Source of the DNA: Trichoplax sp. H2
Lineage: Eukaryota
Assembly (NCBI GenBank): GCA_003344405.1
Contig: NOWV01000012.1
Span: 620,001 to 684,000, forward strand
Length of the DNA: 64,000 nt
Direction of reading: 5' to 3'
This document shows, one piece after another, positions 1 to 12,826 of this stretch (the stretch's first letter is position 1; each line of letters starts with the position of its first letter). Made by a program: the position numbers and the translations under genes. The notes under the pieces were generated by a model, which searched no databases, had not been told where the DNA came from, and was given only the letters and a program-made list of their open reading frames with translations.

Positions 1-3000
1 ATTCGATCATATTCTCTTCCATCTCTTGGTCAGCTGTAATATCTAGGAGAAGCCTTTTCATGAGATGGACCTTGTAATATCTGAAGAACAAGTTACGAGC
101 AATTAAGTTCATGTCGAATCATAACCAAATATGAAATATTCATACCTCATAAAAACGTCCTTATTTTGAACGTATTTCAATAACAGAAGCTATAGCAAAG
201 AGCAGCAGAGAATACAATGAGAAGTCGAGTAACTTCAATAAGGACTTTTAGAAATATAACATCTACACGAAATTTTATGAAATTTTCGCTCATATTCTAC
301 ATTGTATCCGAATGGAAATAACGTGATCAAGCTATCATACCGCATCTTTTAGACGTCTTTCTATCTCCCCAGATGTCAACTTTTTATTTACGTTAGTTTT
401 ACGTAACAGTAAGTCACAATAGCCTGCTAATAGCTCAGGGCACCTGGACTCCGGTTCAAGCTTACCCATGCTATTGGATCAGAAATATTACGTGTGATGT
501 TATATTTTACGAATAGAAGGACTGACAGCTAAAATATATAAAAATTTAACAGCCAAAACAATAATAGTTGTAGATATTACACAAGTGCATAAGGCATATT
601 TATATTTACAATACATGCACAAATAATCACCCTTTGATCTTTGTTGGAATATTTATAGAGAAAATAGTCCGATCATTGATGATTTTCTTAAAAGCCTTAC
701 AAAACATAATAAAATATACCAAAATAGTATTATAATTCTAGTTATACCAGACCACATTAGCAATAATCTATGGTATCCAAAATTCCTACTGTACCTGATC
801 TCGACATGACAAAAAACGTGCATCGTCGTTGAAACCACCTTTAAGCAATTCACTAAACTTTTCGTAAAGCCCTATAAATTTATCAACGTATTTTTCGCTA
901 TCCTAAAAGGAATAAAGTTCATTTTCAAATATTATATGAGAAATTAAACATAACAGGAGGGGTAAATTTAATGACAAATAAGGTATAGAAAAGTTACCCA
1001 AATAATAACTTCCGCATCAGTCAATAAAGTTGACATTCCCGATTCAAGTATGTGTGAGCTCAAAGCTTCCAATACGTTGTCAATACATCCATTAACTCGA
1101 TCCAGTAACTTAAATATTATAATAAGGTCTGTAGGGAACAAAAATGCACCTGAGTGGCTTGTTTAAAATTCAAATTTTATTCGAAATTATTAATTAACAT
1201 ATAAAGCCAAGAAAGACAGTTAAAGATTAACCTGCAGTATTGCCATTCTTTATCATTTTGAAACACTCTTGTAATAATATAGATTTTCGACTATTTATTA
1301 AATGATTTTCTATGGATTCGAGTACCTTAAGGAATCATTAGCAGTAGATTACAATCCAAGTTGTATATAAGAATGTAAAGTAAGAGAAACATTACAGTTA
1401 TGAATACATACAACTTTCATGGAACTAAATTCCAAATATCGCCGACAGTTATCCTCTTCTTCTCGTAGTTTAGCATCTACCTATAATACGTAAATTAAGG
1501 ACATAATATAGCTATTATATCTTGATAGCAAGGAAACAAGCATATAATTAACAAATAATAAATTATATCATAGCGGCTGTGCTTGGCCACAATATCCTAT
1601 GTTACTTTGGAACGATATAACTTACATAACGAATGTAATCCGACATAGACATCTCGTCCAATGCCATTGAAGATTGTAACTTGTAATATTCTAAAATATT
1701 TTTCATATATGCTCGTTCAAATTGTTGATAAGTATCCAACTTATCTTTATCTTTGGAGCAATGGAGATGAACTATGAAGGAAAAAAGGTAAACTAAATTA
1801 ATACAGGTGACATTACCAAGACCAGCTAAAAGAATTATCAGGAAGCTTTGAATTCTAATTAACCAGTAATAGATTTATGCCTACCAAGCGCATCCTTTAT
1901 ATTCGTAATAAGTTGTCCATTATAAATATGATTACGCTTCTCTTCTATTATCAACTCCATTACATTATCTAATAATCTTTGGATATGGTAATTAAGCAAA
2001 CCATCTTTCCATTTCTCCAACATTGTCTTAAATGATAAAAATTATTGATTATTAATATATTCACCATTGCAGAGCTTTTTATATTTGAAGTTGGAAATAA
2101 CTTATGCCTTTTCTTAGTATAGCTGCTACCACTTACATCTCGAAAAGCTTGACATTTATTTCTCTTACTAACTGACAAAGTAGCACTGCCAGATTTGTTG
2201 GTTGAAGCTACCTCCAACCTCTTAAATAGTTGCGGTATGTAATCGCATAAACGATAGTAAGTCTCCCAAATTTGTACATATTCTTGCAAAAAGACTAGCT
2301 TGTCACTCTGCGCTGCAAGAACCTAGGACGTTAACAGATTATCTACATATTTAATATTACCATTAAAGATAATGGTTAGTTTATTATCCTAACTACAAAC
2401 AATATTTAAATCTTAAATAGAACTAAATATATGAATGTCTTTGAAATTCAGTATGACATTATTCTATGCTCATATTCTTACGTTCACAGTATCTAGTCGT
2501 ATAATGATAATATCAGAGACCACATGATATGCTACAAGATCGACTAAATAAATTTCATGAATAATTACAGAACTTTTCAAACTGACAAAGTAATAATTAT
2601 TTTAAAAAGTATTGATAAAAATACTGCACTATTGATTCTACGCACTGTATTAGTATAAGCAAGACACATTGTTAAAGATTATCGGCGCAATTACCTTGCG
2701 CTAAGAAAATCACAATGATACACAATGTATCCAATCTCTACTTCATACGAGTATATTACTGGGATGCATACCTCCTTTTTATCCTGGACAAATCTGTTAA
2801 TAACGCTATTAAAGTTATCGACAATTATTTGATTGGATGATTCATACCACATACTCAATCGAAAAGTCAATCTGGAATTAAGAAGGCATAACATTGCATA
2901 AAGTTTCGGTAGAATATAGCATATATAAATGCTTCTATAGCTTTGGTTGGAACAAATTATGTCTATCAGTATCCGAAGCAAGTACGTATTCGAGACAGTT

Positions 3001-3694
3001 TTCGCAGGTCGAGAACTCATTAATTACGTATTGACATATATTTTCTAGAATGAGAAGTACAGACGATGCTATCATTCATAGCTATAAAATGGAAGGAATG
3101 TAAGACACATGCTTTACTGTATTTGTAAATGTCTACTCTTGATTCATTGCTATAACAAGTTTAGCAGTCGACTTGGGATGCAATGATAGTCAGAAAATGA
3201 CCTTAACCAATGCAAATTGCAATATTGATTGTATATTTATGATTATATGATACGGTATATGTACTTGTTTCTCGATCTATCGTCTAGGCATAAATCATTC
3301 GATGTTGATCCACAGGTAGTTCGTTATTCTATATTTCATATACCGTATTGCAAGTTGGCAAGAGCCAATGTAGGCTATAAGTAAACATTCTACCGTAGTA
3401 CGGAAGCACCATTTATAAATAACATGTCAACAACCTAGTTGCACTAATATACCGTAGCTCAAACTGTCACTATTGTATACCGTACTCAATAGGTAAGACT
3501 TTGTAAGTAGCATAATCAATTAATACAGTAAAGCTTGCATAAAAGTTAGCTTACGCAAAGAGATCTTGCCATTCCCTTTTGCTGATAGGTTGCTGATTTA
3601 AGAGCGCCAATAGAGTATGTTCAATTTGCTGCCAACTACGTTCGAAATCATCATTCGATGAATCGTCGGCACTGAGTAATAAACCTGTCGGCAT
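1..3694 (-). CDS. CUL5: Cullin-5, 5' portion (multi-exon, continues beyond window start)
   Basis: ATG at 3694; exon 1 (3555-3694) gives MPTGLLLSADDSSNDDFERSWQQIEHTLLALLNQQPISKREWQDLF. Later spliced exons give VDAKLREEEDNCRRYLE, DSEKYVDKF, PESRCPELLAGYCDLLLRK, LLLLKYVQNKDVFMR and YYKVHLMKRLLLDITADQEMEENMIE, which match CUL5-type cullin sequence. Introns are GT-AG. Confidence 0.93.
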
Positions 3695-4346
3695 TTTTAA
3701 ATTAATCAACCACAAGGGTAAAGTAATATCTAATAATAGCCACCAATGGGAAATGTCGGGTTGTTAACACATTTAAAATTGTGACTATAAAATAGAATTT
3801 CAACGGATTTTAAGAGGATTTCAAAGGTCTAAAAACTTTAGTAGGTCCGTTTCAAATTTTTAAAGGTTGTCTTTCAAATTGTATTGCTTGTACTCTCTAA
3901 TATTATATTCTTTCAAGTTTTCACTCTTTGTAGGCTTACTTCATCCTTTTCCAATGAAATCCTACCATTTCTTTCAAAACTTGTTCTACCATTCAATTTT
4001 AAAGCGATAGGAGCAGACAGTAGTTCCTGAATTTCAAATTTTTCCAATGTCGTCACTTTAGCTTAACTAACTCGGGTAAAGTTATTACACTGGATCGACG
4101 ACTACGTCTTGCGATACTATATATAGTAATCTGCAGTCCTATTACCTATAGGTTAGTGCGACTGGGCTGACTAAGTATTGTACTAGTATACAGAGTGGAC
4201 TACAGTATCAGTACTACAATAGTATACTATAGTATACTATATTGTACAATGGACGCCGTAGACAATTTAAAAATCTGGATCATTGCAATATACGATCAGC
4301 GGATATATCTAAGCCTTCAAATAAAATAAATAAACTTCCAACAACT

Positions 4347-4579
4347 TCACGATTTAGTGTACATAAGTGGCAGTCTCGTGATATAATTTCTGAAGGGATT
4401 CTATTTACTGAAAGTCAACTAGCGCCGTTTCAAATACTGATACAACGCCATTTTTTTTTTTTAAATGACCCAAAATGGCGTTGTATCAGTATTTGAAACG
4501 GCGATAGAATACTTTTAGCAAATAGAATTCCTTCAGAATTTATATTAGGAGACTGCCACTCATGTGCACTAAACCATGA
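4347..4579. mobile_element. Foldback/MITE-like long inverted repeat
   Basis: Two ~105-bp arms (tcacgatttagtgtacataagtggcagtctc...gccgtttcaaatactgatacaacgccatttt and aaaatggcgttgtatcagtatttgaaacggc...gagactgccactcatgtgcactaaaccatga) are imperfect reverse complements around a short loop. Confidence 0.75.
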
Positions 4580-6242
4580 TGAATCTGTTACGAAATGATT
4601 GATTTTAAAATTAATCTTTTAAGACGGTCTCAATTGTACCATACTCTTGCGCGGATTTCCATTAGACTTTCTCCTGGTGGTCATGACGTTGATAAATAAG
4701 TCTATTTGGATCTGCCTCTGGTGATTGTAGTTAATATTATTCATTTATTATAATAATTAAAATTACAAAAAAACCTCTAATTATCCGGCTAAAATATAGT
4801 ATAACAGACTAGCAATTAGTTAGAGTATATGTTAAATACTGTTGCATAGTTAAAGTATACAGTATGTTAGATACTGTTAGATAGTGCATCTTGTACGTCG
4901 AGTACGGTACTGGGTACTAATAATAAATAATAAATAATATAATATGGCTATATATTAGAATTAATTTTCCATATTTTTATGGATTTACTATGTATTACTC
5001 GAGAATCCATTTGTATCCAGTTTAAGAGGTAATATTATTATTTACTTATTATTCAGTCATTTTCAAATACTTTTAATCAAACATTTTTAATATACCGTAT
5101 CTAACTAAAATATGACATAGAAGACTAGCTATCAAGACAAGTATATTTAATTAACACTAGGATAAATTCTATTCTACTATATATTTACGTTACTAGACAG
5201 TCCATTGGTATGCGGACTCGGCAACTACACGTATTTTATTATCAGGGCAGCTAAAAGAGAGATACAGCTCTCTCTCACTTTTAATAGTCTCCGCTGCTAC
5301 TATATTATTACTAGTTAAATAAACAGCCTGCCCGTGATACTTCGTTTATTTGTTTATTAATAAGTAGAATTTCAGTATAGGATGTACATCTGTTACGCAT
5401 TACATATTATAGTACATTATATCGTCATTTTTAATTAAAAACAGTCTCTAGACTACCGTATCCAGCTAACTTAACAGACGAGCTAGCTATCAAGTCTATT
5501 CGACACTAAATTAATTCATGAAAATTAGCTTCTTTCGCATGTTAAACCTCTGGTATCCTCCTTCCCCCTCCTGGATTCGCCGTCCATACACACTTCATTT
5601 AGCAATGGACCACTAGATGTACCCACTCTACGTAGTAATCCACCATCATCTACTATAGTAACGCTATATCTAATCAATGCTGGAGCCGGTTACCCTATAC
5701 ATCGTATATTAACACCACTTTATCCAGGCGGGAATTTTTAAATCATTTTTTATTGTCTATAATATAGCATCATCAAATTAAATAAGCAAATTATTGAAAT
5801 CATCGTGAGATCAAATCACAAAAAAATGAAATGATACTATGCATCATACCTGAAATTATAGGAAAACAAATGTTAACACCTTGATCACCTGCACTACTGT
5901 AATTAGGGTACTAACGGGCTAAAATGAATTAGAATTTATAAATATTATCTAGAGATGGATATATCTGTTTCTTCTCTCCGTTAGAAAAATCTACCTTCAT
6001 TAAAACTTTCAAACCATATTCGCCTTCGCAACCAATATAAATTAGATGAGAAGATATATAATGTAGTATAGATAATATATACAGTCATCTATGCCCTTTC
6101 TTGATTAAAGTTAATACAATATAAATTGCTGTAGTTATTAGTAAAATATCCGGACAGACTACACATGATAATACAGCTATACACTTTCTAAATCTGAAAT
6201 TATTGCAGTACGTATTTTCTTTACGAATTAGTTTATATGTAG

Positions 6243-9200
6243 TTATGAATTATGCAAAGCTGATCTCGTTTTACTTTTACAACTATTTATTCGATTTATC
6301 GGTAGTGGTGGAGGTGGTTTTGTTGGCGGTGGTCGTCTACCTACCGCTAAATTAATGCAGGACGCTTGCATGATTGAACTTTTCGGTCTCTCTGGTATAG
6401 CGGGTGGACTACTATATAATGACCGCGATCTTGATAAATTTGTTGATCCAATTAAATTTTTTTGTCGACTCTGAAGAGGCGGCGATGATGGCATAGCACG
6501 TAATGATTGCGGCCTAGGCAAATCCCTTGATTTCAGTCCATCACTCAATGATAGTGGTCTTTGCAAATTCGTATGTCGCACCATACCTTTATTATTCTTG
6601 GATACCTGTAGATTAGTCTGTCGGTTCGGTATAGCCGGCGGCAATTTACCGCACAATGATCGAGACCTTGACAAATTCGTTAAATTCCTTGATTTCAGTC
6701 CATCACCCAACGATAGTGATTTTTGCAAATTCGTACGTTGCACTATACCTTTATTATTCTTGGATACCTGTAGATTAGTCTGTCGGTTCGGTATAGCCGG
6801 CGGCAATTTACCGCACAATGATCGCGACCTTGACAAATTCGTTAAATTCCTTGATTTCAGTCCATCACCCAACGATAGTGATTTTTGCAAATTCGTACGT
6901 TGCACTATACCTTTATTATTCTTAGACACCTGTAGATTAGTCTGTCGGTTCGGTATAGACGGCGGCAATTTACTGCACAATGATCGAGACCTTGACAAAT
7001 TCGTTAATCCCGCTGTGTCCGTATTGATTGATCGTGAAGTAGTGGTTACCGGCGAATTTATATATCTATCTGGCTTACGATCTAGTAATTAATAAAATAG
7101 GTTAAACTTGCAATACGCAATGAGAGCTGTAAATATATTTAATCTTTCTACTGCTCTGAGCCCTCACTGAAATGTTGAAAATTTATGGTATTTTCATCAC
7201 TATTGCAGTAATAAATTTTACGAAAATTATGATATGTACAGTATAGTACCGCATGTTATCTTTTCCTTATTCTAATAGTCGGAACTTACTAGTTACAGAT
7301 CCCTTTCGATACTCCGGAATAAATGTAGCATCCATGTTTTTACTTGCTTCATTAAATACTACCGGATCAACAATTCGTACATTAGCTTAAATACTGTATA
7401 TTAAAAATTTTCTGCAAGTCAAGATGGCATTAATAATCTGTTTTTTCTATTATAATAATTTTTAAAAGTATAGCACTTGGCGTCATCTTACCAAAAGATC
7501 TATCTCTAGCTATTGGTGAAGTTATTTTCGAATTTTCACATTCAGGAAAGATCTTTCCACAAATGGAACCTTGACGTTTAGTACTGCTAATTGATGAAGC
7601 TCTTGAAGAACGACGTTGACCTCTCTGACTCAAAATGTAAGAGTCGATGGAATCTGTACACCGAGAAACTTTCTTGCCGTAGAAACTTTCTTGCATTCGT
7701 CGTTGCTGATTGGAGCAACAACAGAATGCTATTTTGGTATAGCACTCAATCATGGCATTAATGACAAAAAGAAAGAACCTTAGGATAAGCCGGAATAAAC
7801 CACAATATCTGTGTGATAAAGCGCGATTTCCTTCCCATGTAATTGAACTACATGGAAACCATAATCGATACCTCTGTATGTACAATGTAACAAGAATAAC
7901 CGGAGTTATGATAAAACCAATCAGAGATGATCGGATTGCTATGGATGAAAGTAATATTAACCCAAGTGTCTGAATTATACCTTAAATTAGAAATAATAAT
8001 AACAATTTTCTTAATAAATTAGTTTAAGAAGGTTAGAAGTTACAGTGATAATAAAAGTAACAATGATTTGACTGCTATAGAAGCCACTTACCTAAATTAG
8101 AAATAATAAAGCCAAGTAAACTAGCACCCAAGATTGCTAGTAAACTATTCATGATACTTTTTAAAATATCTTCCTCTTTCCTTTCTAGCTCTCCTACATA
8201 TTGTATAGCCTTTATCCTGCAGATATTATTTACCAAACTAGCTTCTCCTTTAACTAATTCATCCAACGGAGCACAATGCTTATCATTAGCTGATTGGCAG
8301 CAGATCAAGCAGGAAGATGATGAGCTACTATCCTTAGCATCTTTGCTATTATTTCTTGCATAATTATTATTGGGGCAAGAACATGCACTTAATCCAGATA
8401 TTGAACAAATAGATCGTTGACATGTACCGGCAATGCATGATTTATGATCATCACAAACTGTATAATCATCTTTAAGTTTGGCTTTGGGGCAAGCTGATCC
8501 AACAAGGTGGCCATTGCAGTAAGATTTTACAGCACATTGTGTTTCGTTTTGACAAAGGTGATGTTCACGAATGGTAAAATAGTGACAGGTTGCATCATTG
8601 CAGCAAGGCCCTTGAGATGGACTACAAACAGCATGCTGAGCTAATTGACATGTCGATGGGTTACAGCAATAATCCTGACATTCTCCAATTGTTCCACAAT
8701 CACATTGTTCGTATGGTTCAACAATTTTATTACCACAAGTTGACTTTGAGGTAGTGGTTTGCGCATTTACTTTAAAACATTCCATTGAACGCGAACGGAT
8801 CACTTTAGCCATGGCTTGTACGCTGCAGATAGAAAATTGCATTTGATCTAATTCTGTCGCATTGATAACAATTCCAGACATAAAAAAGGGTATATTGGTA
8901 GCATATCGTTTACAACGAGTTTCTGAATCGTGTACAGCGCCAAGGCTATGAGCTAATTCATGTATCATAACATACGGAAATAATTTATGGTCATGGATAT
9001 TGAAGTTAATGAGAGCTGTATTCATCGATTTTCGACGATCATAGCTATGATGATGATAATCAAAAGTAGAGCATAAACCTGTATTTTTGTTTGTTGTACC
9101 AATCCAAGACAATCCGTTTACACTATAGCGATCATTATTAGTTAAATAATATGCTAAGCAATATTCACTGTGATTATGCAATGAAATTCTTTCTAAATGA

Positions 9201-9757
9201 TGGTAAGCGTTATCAAATGACGGACTTTCTTGTTGAAATTCGCCAATAGTTAATCGATCAATATAAAATGTAAAATTATCACTTTTTTGATCTTGATTAA
9301 AATCTATTACAGAAAATACACGATTGACCATTTTAATGGTATCATAAATGTATTGGCGAACTTTTGTAATGTGGAATAATTGTAATGCACGGACAAAGGT
9401 TTGATCCGCGTGTATAAAAATGCCACATCGTCGACTATTGCGATTATTATCGGGACCATGTCTACTCACAGCTGATCTTTTCGATCTTCCTGACTTCATG
9501 AAACGTGTTTTCCGATCGTCGGACACCATTTGTACGATATCGCCATCTAATGATTTTTGCAATCTTTCCAAATGAAAATTGATTTCCATCTTTTTATGAT
9601 AAATGGTCGAGTGGCAGTGATAAACTTTAACTGTCGAGTTAATATCATCAGTAGAAGCATTGAAACTTTGAAAAGATTCCCTTTTGTTGATGTGTGCACT
9701 ATAATATCTTGATTCCAGTAGAAAAAATACCAATAGTATGGATGGTAAGAAATGCAT
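6243..9757 (-). CDS. ADAM10/17-like metalloprotease-disintegrin, 3 exons (8092-9757, 7492-7980, 6243-7081), ~997 aa
   Basis: Signal peptide, furin site RSKR, zinc motif HELAHSLGAVHD, Met-turn, disintegrin start CGNKIVEPYEQCDCG and Cys-rich region. Donor G|gtaagt at 8091 with acceptor ttaag at 7981, and donor G|gtaaga at 7491 with acceptor actag at 7082, are all phase 1. They join the ORFs at 8075-9757, 7430-7885 and 6243-6998 without stops. Confidence 0.85.
6522..7007 (-). repeat. Coding tandem repeat, 162-bp (54-aa) unit x3
   Basis: cg(a/c)gaccttgacaaattcgttaa recurs at 6661, 6823 and 6985. The unit is NLSRSRSLCGKLPPAIPNRQTNLQVSKNNKGIVQRTNLQKSLSLGDGLKSRNLT. Confidence 0.95.
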
Positions 9758-11077
9758 TCTTCATAGTTTTTGATCGAAAATACTTCAAAAAAATAACGAA
9801 GATAAGATTCGAATGTAGAAGTAAAACTATTGCGACAATTAATAAATGAATACTACAGTAATTTTCTACTTATATCTGTGAGGGCCAGTCTAAACAGACG
9901 TAACTAGTCTAGAGCTGATCACGAAACCGTTTGTAACTTCTATATTTGATAATGAGCTCTATCAAATAGAGACTGTATGATTGAATCCCGTATTACAGGA
10001 ACGTCAAAGATTAAAAAATCTACCCTTTCATACAAGAGTTATCATCCAAGTCAATTATAAATTGTAAAAAATTAGTTCAAACTTATTTTCTTCTTTCTAT
10101 ATAAAAGTATGCTACCAAAATTTGTATGTATTTAGGATGAATAAAAATAATGTTAAATATACTTTGACGGTAGGGTAATTTATGGAAAGTCAACATGGAC
10201 AATTTTTACCTAATTTATCATTCGCTTTGGCTCTATTTTCTATGTTTGTAATTGGAATGCTTCGAAATTGACGTAAATATAATCTTAGTCATGTAGATAT
10301 ACCACGGTATAGCTACAATAAGACTGTATTCTTTTTTATGACTTGACTTTATACGTACATGGAGTCTGATCAATAAAAGACTATGATATTTAAGTAGGAA
10401 CTATATGCTAACGATTACCCAATCTTAGAATGACTTTCATTATCGCTTATATTAAGAAATGCAATTAATCATTGCAAGTTTTCTATGAGTTATAGCCGAG
10501 AAAATATAAATAAAAAAATTTTATATTTACTTTATAGTCTGCAATATGAACTGGATGATATGCGTATCTTTGCCACTTTTCCGATGGTCATAATTGTGAA
10601 AATATGAATAAAAACTTTGGTGCTACTGTATAGGTATGCAATACTAGAATAAACTGTATGATGCGCGTATCCCTGTAACTTTTCCGATAGACATAGTTCT
10701 AAAAGTAAGCGTATACGTAAATAAATAAATAAAAATAATCTATTTATATGAATACAGTATATAATGTGCAACATAAACTGGACGAAGTGCGTAGCCTTGC
10801 AACTTTTCTCACAGCTATAGCTGTGAAAGTAGAACTAAGAATTGATCACTTTTTTATGCTATAAGACCTGAAAGATGAGCGTATCTCCTCGTTATACATT
10901 TTCAGGGTAATCATTTTAATTTTAATAACTGTTTTCTACGAGGAATACGCGTATTGTCATCTATTAGCCCTGCGATCTCTTTACAAACGGATACGCGCAT
11001 AGTAGTAATAATAATGGTATAATGTCATTAACCGATATAATGGGATTTGAAAGTCAAATTGCTACTTTAGCCCATAC

Positions 11078-11139
11078 CATGGACTACTAAATATGCCCGG
11101 TCTGGACAGGACAACTACTGTAGTATCGAATAGTCCATG
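11078..11139. mobile_element. 62-bp mini-element with CATGGACTA terminal inverted repeats and ~8-bp target duplication
   Basis: gcccatac|CATGGACTAC...TAGTCCATG|gactatac. A paralogous uninterrupted site (actttagcctataccaagatagggcta) lies at 11221-11247. Confidence 0.7.
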
Positions 11140-11372
11140 GACTATACCAAGACAAGGCTATTAAAATTATTAAGGAAAAAGAATCTTGAATCAAATAGCG
11201 GATCTCAAAGTAAAATTTCTACTTTAGCCTATACCAAGATAGGGCTATGTGTATGTCGCAAGAAGAGGAGCGTTGAATCGGATAGTAAATTTTATTTCCA
11301 TTCAAGTCAGCCACATTAGAGATAGAGTAAAATTCCTAAACTGTTCAATTGACCAATTCAATTTGACCATCG

Positions 11373-12390
11373 GATACTATAATTTGTATCTGCTATTTTA
11401 TCCTCAGTCTTCCACAATTGGATTATAACAATACTGATCAATGAACTATAAATGTGCCTATACTGCCCAAAATGAATTATCGACGGATTTGATCATTTCG
11501 ATAGGGCTAATCCATCTGTAATCACACCTACATTTGGCCGATACTATCGTTTGTACCTGTTATTTTATCCTCAGTCTTCCACAATTGGATTATAACAATA
11601 CTGATCAATGAACTATAAATGTGCCTATACTGCCTAAAAATGAATTATCGATGCATTTGATCATTTCGACAGGGCTAATCCATCTTACGTAATCACACCT
11701 ACATTTGGCCGATACTATCATTTGTACCTGCTATTTTATCCCCAGTCTTCCACAATTGGATTATAACAATACTGATCATTGAACTATAAATGTGCCTATA
11801 CTGCCTAAAAATGAATTATCGATGCATTTAATCATTTCGACAGGGCTAATCCATCTGTAATCACATCTACATTTTGGCCGATACTATAATTTAAGTCAAC
11901 ATGGCCCATGGCCATAACTTAAAGTAGTCGCCTTGCTGCTATAACTGGCTTGTCAATGATTGAACGCCAGGGGATCACTGCAGCCTGGACAGTCTCCAGT
12001 GTACAGTACGCTGTACTGTACACTGTACAGTACTGTACTGTAGACTGGACCAGGTCATTGGGACGCTCAGTCATACAGTACTGTAGAAGTTTCCTTACCT
12101 TCTATGGTCAGTCGATGCATTTAATCATTTCTACAGGGCTAATCCATCTGTAATCGCATCTACATTTGGCCGATACTATAATTTAAGTCAGCATGGCCCA
12201 TGGCCATAATTTAAAGTAGTCGCCTTGCTGCTATAACTGGCTTGTCAATGATTGAACGCCAGGGGATCACTGCAGCCTGGACAGTCTCCAGTGTACACTG
12301 TACACTGTACTGTACACTGTAAACTAGACCAGATCATTGGTACGCTCACTCATACAGTAGAAGTTTCCATACCTTGTATGCTCAGTCGAT
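11373..12390. repeat. Compound tandem repeat: ~169-bp unit x3, then ~292-bp unit x~1.75
   Basis: Units begin with gatactat at 11373, 11540, 11711, 11880 and 12172. Both unit types share the tail ...gggctaatccatctgtaatc...tacatttggcc. Confidence 0.92.
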
Positions 12391-12826
12391 ACAAGAAGAA
12401 CGACGCCAAAGCCCGCGAACAGTCACTATCCTTTAAACCGCAGCCAGGATAGCTTGCACTTTTAGCAATTTTCATTGGCAGCATTTAGGGAATAGTATCA
12501 CTTTTACTTTGCTCTTTCTGGCTATTACTTTCAAATTGGATTGGCAATTACAGCAAAGCTTTTATTTGTAAGAAATACAAGTAGGATACGGCATCAAAAT
12601 AGAAGAATTTCAAATTAGACAAGGGGAATAAATCAGTGAGCATTGAATTGATTAAGAGGCCTATCCAAGTACATCGTCCTCGGATGACGGACTCATTGAC
12701 GGACTGTTGAAAAGGAAAGGCTTGTAGTTTTAATGATTGTTGCTGCAACTTGGAGACCTGCAGTTGGTTAATTACTACTTCGATTGAGGTGTTCTATCTA
12801 ATATTTTCAACTCAATCACAAAGGAT

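Noticed and set aside
6598-7092. 164-aa plus-strand ORF
   Set aside because: Antisense shadow of the coding repeat in ADAM exon 3.
11373-12390. CRISPR-like appearance of spaced repeats
   Set aside because: Whole units repeat with no unique spacers; eukaryotic context and no cas genes.
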